The position numbers and the translations under genes are program-made. From IMG/VR virus record IMGVR_UViG_3300015370_000020, positions 1 to 50,082 of that record: a stretch of DNA of 50,082 nucleotides; one strand, 5' to 3'. Positions within the stretch are counted from its first letter, which is position 1. Every line of letters starts with the position of its first letter. The notes below the pieces were generated by a model, which did not search any database, was not told where the DNA came from, and worked only from the letters and a program-made list of their open reading frames with translations. Source of the stretch: a virus (Duplodnaviria > Caudoviricetes). Shown here in pieces: positions 45,397-50,082 of the stretch.

Positions 45397-45806
45397 TTAC
45401 GGCCGTCATTCGCATGATCGGTCTCCCGGCCTGCCTCGTCATCCTGCTGCTCGCCTATTACGAGGGCGTGCCGGGTGCAAGCCGGATACCCTTTCTCTCA
45501 TCGGTTCCGATCGTCGGAAACCTCGCCACCGGTCGGGTCCATTCTTATGCCGCCGACCAGGTGCGCCGCGCGACAGCCGATCTTGTCGCGAGGTCCGAGT
45601 TGGCTGCGGTGCGGGCCCAGCTTGCGCGCGAGCAGGCGTTGCGGCGTATCGCCAGCGAGGCGGAGATCGAGGCGCGGGAACGCGCCCGTAACGCGCTCAG
45701 GGCGAAAGGCCTTGCCGAGCGGGAGCTTGACGTGCGGATTGCGGCCGATTCCGGGGCTGACGGCGCAGTGTGGACAGAAGGGGATCTCGAATGGCTCGCT
45801 CGATGA
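45393..45806 (+). CDS. Rz-like inner-membrane spanin
   Basis: N-terminal transmembrane helix plus coiled coil. Confidence 0.7.
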   Translation: MITAVIRMIGLPACLVILLLAYYEGVPGASRIPFLSSVPIVGNLATGRVHSYAADQVRRATADLVARSELAAVRAQLAREQALRRIASEAEIEARERARNALRAKGLAERELDVRIAADSGADGAVWTEGDLEWLAR

Positions 45807-46096
45807 TTGTCGCCCTCGCGCTGCTCGCTGGCACTATGACGGCCAGTGCGTGCCAGTCGGCCGGCGAACGCCTGGCCGCGGCTGCCCGCACCCAGGGCGA
45901 GGTGAATGCGAGGGCGCCAGAAGTCATCGCGCCCGAAGCCTGCACCGCGCACATGGAGCGCGTGGTTCCGAGGGTGGGCGAGAAGGCGCGATGGACCCAG
46001 AAGCGCTGGGAGATCGTCGCCGACAACCGTGATCGCCAGGCGGACGATTGCGGTGAGTGGATTGAGGACATTCTTGCAGCAAGGGGCGCGCAATGA
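45791..46096 (+). CDS. Rz1-like lipoprotein spanin
   Basis: Hydrophobic leader with ASAC lipobox; overlaps the end of the Rz-like gene. Confidence 0.7.
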   Translation: MARSMIVALALLAGTMTASACQSAGERLAAAARTQGEVNARAPEVIAPEACTAHMERVVPRVGEKARWTQKRWEIVADNRDRQADDCGEWIEDILAARGAQ

Positions 46097-46446
46097 TCGA
46101 CTGGACAATCACCGCGGGCAACGTGCTGACAATCATCACGCTTGCCATCGGCGCCCTGGCCGCGTTCTTCTCGCTGCGCGGCCGGCTCGACCTGACGCAA
46201 TCGAAGGCGCGCGAGGCGTTCGATATCGCCAAGATGGCGCGCGATGAGTTGCAGCGGTTCCAGATTGACGTGACCAAACACTACATCCGGTCCGAGGCGC
46301 TGGAGAAGATCGAGGCGGCGGCGATCGTGCGCGAAACGCGGATCCTGACCACGCTCGAGACGCTGGGCGAACGTATTGACCGGCTGGTCGACCGCATGGA
46401 TCGCGGATCGCTGCCGCGGCGCCGCTCGAACAGTTCGCAGACATAG
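46093..46446 (+). CDS. Single-TM coiled-coil membrane protein of the lysis region
   Basis: N-terminal transmembrane helix, then coiled coil ...ERIDRL. Confidence 0.7.
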   Translation: MIDWTITAGNVLTIITLAIGALAAFFSLRGRLDLTQSKAREAFDIAKMARDELQRFQIDVTKHYIRSEALEKIEAAAIVRETRILTTLETLGERIDRLVDRMDRGSLPRRRSNSSQT

Positions 46447-46456
46447 GCGGCACACC

Positions 46457-48103
46457 ATGCCAGCAAAGAGACTGACCGACGCCGAGATCCTGCGGCGGGT
46501 GAAGCTGTGGGAATCCCACGGTTGCAGCTATAACGCCGCCGCGGCATCCATTGGCAAGCGGCACCAGTTCATTTCAAGCGCGATCGAGCAGGCCCGCCAT
46601 CGCGGCCTGATCGCGGCGGATGGCGCCGCGCCAGGCGCTGCAGCGCCACCCGAACGCACCGCCCTTGCCAAAGCCAAGGCAGCACCGCGCAAGCGCGCGA
46701 TCTGGCTGCTCACCGCCGCTCAGGATGAAACCCCGCTGCACCGCCCGTTCTGGGGCAACCTGGTAGCCTATGCCGAGCACCTGGGCGCCAGCGTCATGGT
46801 CGGCGGCTTCACCTATCAAAAGGGCCTGTTCGAGGACCATTCGGTGCGCACCGGCATTTTTTCGCCGGAGGTCGAGCCGTTCCTGCAGCCGGCCGTCATC
46901 GATCTCGCACCTGGCCTTGTCTGGTATGGCCGCGCCAATATCCTGCCCACCGCATCTGATCCGCTGTCGGGCTGGGACACCCAGACGCGCGGCAAATGGA
47001 TGGTCGCACCGCACGCAAAAATCGCGCTCAAGAGCGTGGCCACCATGCCGGGCACGCGGCCAAAGCAGATCATGACCACGGGTGTGGCCACGGTCGAGAA
47101 TTATGTGCAGCGCAATGCCGGCCAGAAGGCCGAGTTCCATCACACCATCGGCGCCACGATCGTCGAGGTGGCCCCCGACGGCGCGTTCTGGTGCCGCCAG
47201 ATCGCCGCCCTTGCCGATGGGTCGTTTCAGGATCTCGACTGCGTCGTGGCAAACGGCAAGGTGACCACCGGCCACCGGGTCGAGGCGATCACCTTCGGCG
47301 ATCTTCATGCCGAGCAGATCGACCAGGCTTGTGCGCGCGGCGCCCTGGGCCTGGCGCCCGGCGATGACACGGTGATGGCTGGCGCAATGCTTGACGCCAT
47401 GAAGCCGCGCGCGTGGTTCATCCATGACAGCTATGATTTCACGGCCCGGTCGCATCACACCCGCAACGATCCGCATGAACGGGCCCGGCGTATCGCCGAG
47501 GGTCACGACGACGTGCGCGCGGCCCTTGCTGGCGTGGCGGCCTATCTGGCCCGCCTGCGCCGGCCGTTCGGCGAGATGGTGCATGTGGCCTCCAATCACA
47601 ACATGCACCTCGACACCTGGCTCAAGGATTACCGGGCGGCCGGCGACGCGGTGAATGCGGGCTACTGGCACGCGCTCAATGCCGCCTGGCATGAGGCGAT
47701 CGCCGCCGGCGCATCGAGCCGCTGGCTGATCCATGAATATGCGCTGCGCAATCTCGCGGCCGATCGGCTCGAGGGCGTGCGGTTCCTGTCCGAAGGCGAA
47801 AGCTATGTCGTCTGCCAGGGCGTGGGCCCGGTCGAGTGCGGCCTGCATGGCCATGTCGGCCCGCGTGGCGCCCGCGGCTCGCTGCCCTCGCTGGCCCGCA
47901 TCGTCGAGCGCGTCAATATTGGCCACGGCCACGGACCCGGCATCCGCGAAGGCACCTATATGGCCGGCACACTGTCGCGCCGCGATGCGGCCTGGGCCAA
48001 CAAGGGCCCCGGCGACTGGCAACCGGCGAGCACTTTCACCTATCCGAACGGCAAGCGCAGCCTTGTGACGCAATGGGATGACGGCAGATGGAGGCTGACA
48101 TGA
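46457..48103 (+). CDS. HTH plus calcineurin-like metallophosphoesterase (T5 A1-like)
   Basis: Metal motifs GDLH, HDSYD, SNH, HGH, GHGH; TAAQ, NILPTA..PLSG and NYVQRNAGQKAEFHH segments recalled from the T5 A1 family. Confidence 0.75.
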   Translation: MPAKRLTDAEILRRVKLWESHGCSYNAAAASIGKRHQFISSAIEQARHRGLIAADGAAPGAAAPPERTALAKAKAAPRKRAIWLLTAAQDETPLHRPFWGNLVAYAEHLGASVMVGGFTYQKGLFEDHSVRTGIFSPEVEPFLQPAVIDLAPGLVWYGRANILPTASDPLSGWDTQTRGKWMVAPHAKIALKSVATMPGTRPKQIMTTGVATVENYVQRNAGQKAEFHHTIGATIVEVAPDGAFWCRQIAALADGSFQDLDCVVANGKVTTGHRVEAITFGDLHAEQIDQACARGALGLAPGDDTVMAGAMLDAMKPRAWFIHDSYDFTARSHHTRNDPHERARRIAEGHDDVRAALAGVAAYLARLRRPFGEMVHVASNHNMHLDTWLKDYRAAGDAVNAGYWHALNAAWHEAIAAGASSRWLIHEYALRNLAADRLEGVRFLSEGESYVVCQGVGPVECGLHGHVGPRGARGSLPSLARIVERVNIGHGHGPGIREGTYMAGTLSRRDAAWANKGPGDWQPASTFTYPNGKRSLVTQWDDGRWRLT

Positions 48104-48387
48104 ATCGCGCGAAGATCCTCGATACGGCAAAGGCCACGGTGACGGTCGACCGGGCCGCCACGCATGGCAACGCCGAGGACAGTTTTTGCGAGATTGCTGG
48201 GCACTGGACATGGTGGCTGCAGTCCAAATTGAAACCCGGCGAGGCGCTGTACGCTTATGATGTCGCCCAGATGATGGTCGGATTCAAGCAGGCGAGGGGG
48301 AAGGCGAACCGAAAACACGCGGACAACTTTGTTGACCAGGCCGGTTATTCATCGCTGGCTGGTGAGATCGCCTTGCGCGAGAAATAG
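48100..48387 (+). CDS. DUF6378 family protein
   Basis: IL..A...V..DR...HG..EDSF..IA..W...DVA.MM...K.AR.....H.DN.VD.AGY. Confidence 0.85.
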   Translation: MNRAKILDTAKATVTVDRAATHGNAEDSFCEIAGHWTWWLQSKLKPGEALYAYDVAQMMVGFKQARGKANRKHADNFVDQAGYSSLAGEIALREK

Positions 48388-48648
48388 CCGCGCCCGTCAT
48401 ATGCGCAGGGCTCTGCCATGTGTGTGCATCATGCAAGAGGCTGGCGACATTCTGGCGGCACTGGAATTGCTCGAAGAGAAGGGCGTTATCACCCTGTTCG
48501 AGTGCTATGAATACAAGAACAAAAAGCTTCCAAAACTCCACAAGTTTTTGCAATCACAATAGGGACTTGTGATAGTATGGTAGGCAATAAAGGGGTGCTG
48601 GAATGACTATGTGGCTGTCAATGGGGTTCTCGCTTCTTGCGTTCGCAC

Positions 48649-49512
48649 TCACTTGGGCGTTGCTGCGCTATGCGGAGAAAGCGGCGGCTTGACTGCGTGA
48701 CCGATCACATACCAGCCAAAAGCCTTTCCAATCGTGGAGAGCAGGCCACGGGGTATGTACTTGAAATACCGGTGCACGAACCAGATCGACGGAAGTTCTT
48801 CCCAAACAAGTTTGCGCACCTTGATTGACCGGACCTCAAGGCCGGCATCCTGCAATAGCCTTCGCACCTCCGAACGCGAGTAGACGTTGACAATAGGCGT
48901 CTCTCCGGTCTCGTTGTACTCGATGCGGGATAGGCGTTCTTTCAGGGTTTCGCGGCGCCAGCCACCATGGATTATCTGATACCAGATGGCGAGCGTGACC
49001 CGGTAGAACACTGAGTTCTTATGATAAAGAATGACGTAGAAGTCACCTCCGGGCTTTAGGACGCGGGCAACTTCGGAGAATGCCGTTTCAATGCTCGGCA
49101 CATGATGGAGAACGCCGTTTGAATAGACTGCATCAAAGGCACCGTCATCGAAGGAAAGACTTTCCGCATCACCTTGCCGGACATCTGGAGTATAGCCGAA
49201 CAGCGCCATGTGCTGCCGGGCTCTCTCCGGATTTTCAGGCGTAATGTCGATGCCCGTGTATCTGGCATCGACGCGCATGAACGCATAAGTATCAAAGCCA
49301 GCACCGAAGCCGATCTCAAGGACACGCTTACCGGCCATGGTGTGAAACGGCACCACTTCTGGAAGCCACGGTTGCTCGTACTCTTCCCGGTATTTTAGCG
49401 CTCGATCAAAAAACTCCTTTGTACCGGGTGCTGCCCCCTTGGCCGAAGTAGTTCCGGCAGGCGAGTTGCCCCAGGTCTTTTGCGCCGTGAGTTTTCCGTC
49501 TTGTTTTTCCAT
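48649..49512 (-). CDS. Class I SAM-dependent methyltransferase (moron)
   Basis: VLEIGFGAG, YTGID, GDAESLSF...FDAVYSNGVLHH and RVLKPGG motifs; visibly lower GC; opposite strand. Confidence 0.92.
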   Translation of the reverse strand: MEKQDGKLTAQKTWGNSPAGTTSAKGAAPGTKEFFDRALKYREEYEQPWLPEVVPFHTMAGKRVLEIGFGAGFDTYAFMRVDARYTGIDITPENPERARQHMALFGYTPDVRQGDAESLSFDDGAFDAVYSNGVLHHVPSIETAFSEVARVLKPGGDFYVILYHKNSVFYRVTLAIWYQIIHGGWRRETLKERLSRIEYNETGETPIVNVYSRSEVRRLLQDAGLEVRSIKVRKLVWEELPSIWFVHRYFKYIPRGLLSTIGKAFGWYVIGHAVKPPLSPHSAATPK

Positions 49513-49648
49513 TGTGCCGCCTCTCGCCATAAGTGCGACACCATATCCGCACCATCGTCTCGGCTGCAAGCGGCTGGTCGACACCAAATGGACCTTGATG
49601 AGCGATCTAGCCCCGACCAGGATATGCGGCCAGAACAGCGCGTGAACA

Positions 49649-49672
49649 TTGCGTGGGACTTTGCGTGGGACT
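49649..49672 (+). repeat. Tandem 12-bp repeat, candidate integrase arm site
   Basis: TTGCGTGGGACT twice, about 100 bp from the attR core. Confidence 0.55.
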
Positions 49673-49773
49673 TTTTACCGTCATTTTCCCACTGTAGCGG
49701 TTTTTTCCGGTTTTTCCGATTGATGGGTGATTTTGCCCTTGCCCGCAAAACCTTGATGTTCTAAGGCCTTTCA

Positions 49774-49817
49774 CCAGTCGGAGCGTAGCGCAGCCCGGTA
49801 GCGCACTTGTCTGGGGG
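49774..49817 (+). repeat. attR core
   Basis: Identical to 80-123. Confidence 0.95.
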
Positions 49818-49855
49818 ACAAGGGGTCGTGGGTTCGAATCCCGCCGCTCCGACCA
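49779..49855 (+). tRNA. tRNA-Pro(GGG), reconstituted at attR
   Basis: CGGAGCG/CGCTCCG acceptor followed by ACCA; anticodon arm CTTGT-CTGGGGG-ACAAG; GTTCGAATC T-loop. Confidence 0.97.
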
Positions 49856-49926
49856 TTTTCAAAAATGTCTGATTGCCTTGACCGGCGCGGCCTGCTGGCG
49901 CTGCCGGCAATTGCCGCGCATCAAGC

Positions 49927-50082
49927 TCAGGCGGGCAGGGGGCTTGCGTGTATCCGGGCCTCGGCTCGCAGCCTTGACTGCCAGCGCATTTCCAGCGCGA
50001 TGCATCCCCAGACGATCCCCATCAGCAGGTAGAAATGCCGCCAGTGGTCGGTGTCGATGACATTGCCGATGATCGTGTGGCC
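49927..50082 (-). CDS. 3' end of a host membrane protein (O-antigen ligase/polymerase-like), partial
   Basis: Reads GHTIIGNVIDTDHWRHFYLLMGIVWG...PLPA*; runs off the window edge. Confidence 0.55.
   Translation of the reverse strand, partial: GHTIIGNVIDTDHWRHFYLLMGIVWGCIALEMRWQSRLRAEARIHASPLPA

Larger units (their letters stand above)
80..49817. mobile_element. Apparently complete temperate prophage (lambda-like head, Mu-like contractile tail) integrated in tRNA-Pro(GGG)
   Basis: 44-bp direct repeats at both ends, integrase next to the left repeat, and full immunity, replication, packaging, head, tail and lysis modules. Confidence 0.96.

Overview
The window is almost exactly one apparently complete ~49.7 kb temperate prophage of a high-GC alphaproteobacterium (Rhizobiales-like), bounded by a 44-bp direct repeat (80-123 and 49774-49817) that is the 5' half of a tRNA-Pro(GGG) gene. 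The intact tRNA lies at the right end (49779-49855) behind a phage-carried, diverged copy of the host tRNA promoter. Layout: tyrosine integrase and xis; a leftward early operon (DUF5131, a DfrB/R67-like SH3 protein, a full-length DnaN sliding clamp, DUF2303, an HD hydrolase, a DUF550 MazG-like protein); a lambdoid switch (five 21-bp operators, CI with S24 peptidase, Cro) with accessory genes in and around it (secreted protein, SWIM protein, initiator-like tRNA-CAU, antisense ORF); a rightward early operon (CII-like, ParB-like, two DNA methyltransferases, primase, SF3 helicase, iteron-rich origin, late regulator); lambda-like packaging and head genes; a Mu-like contractile tail; two fibre genes, an alpha/beta hydrolase and an OafA-type O-acyltransferase; a lysis cassette; a T5 A1-like metallophosphoesterase with DUF6378; and a SAM methyltransferase moron. 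No CRISPR array, reverse transcriptase or transposase was seen. All family calls come from motif recognition and memory, not database searches.
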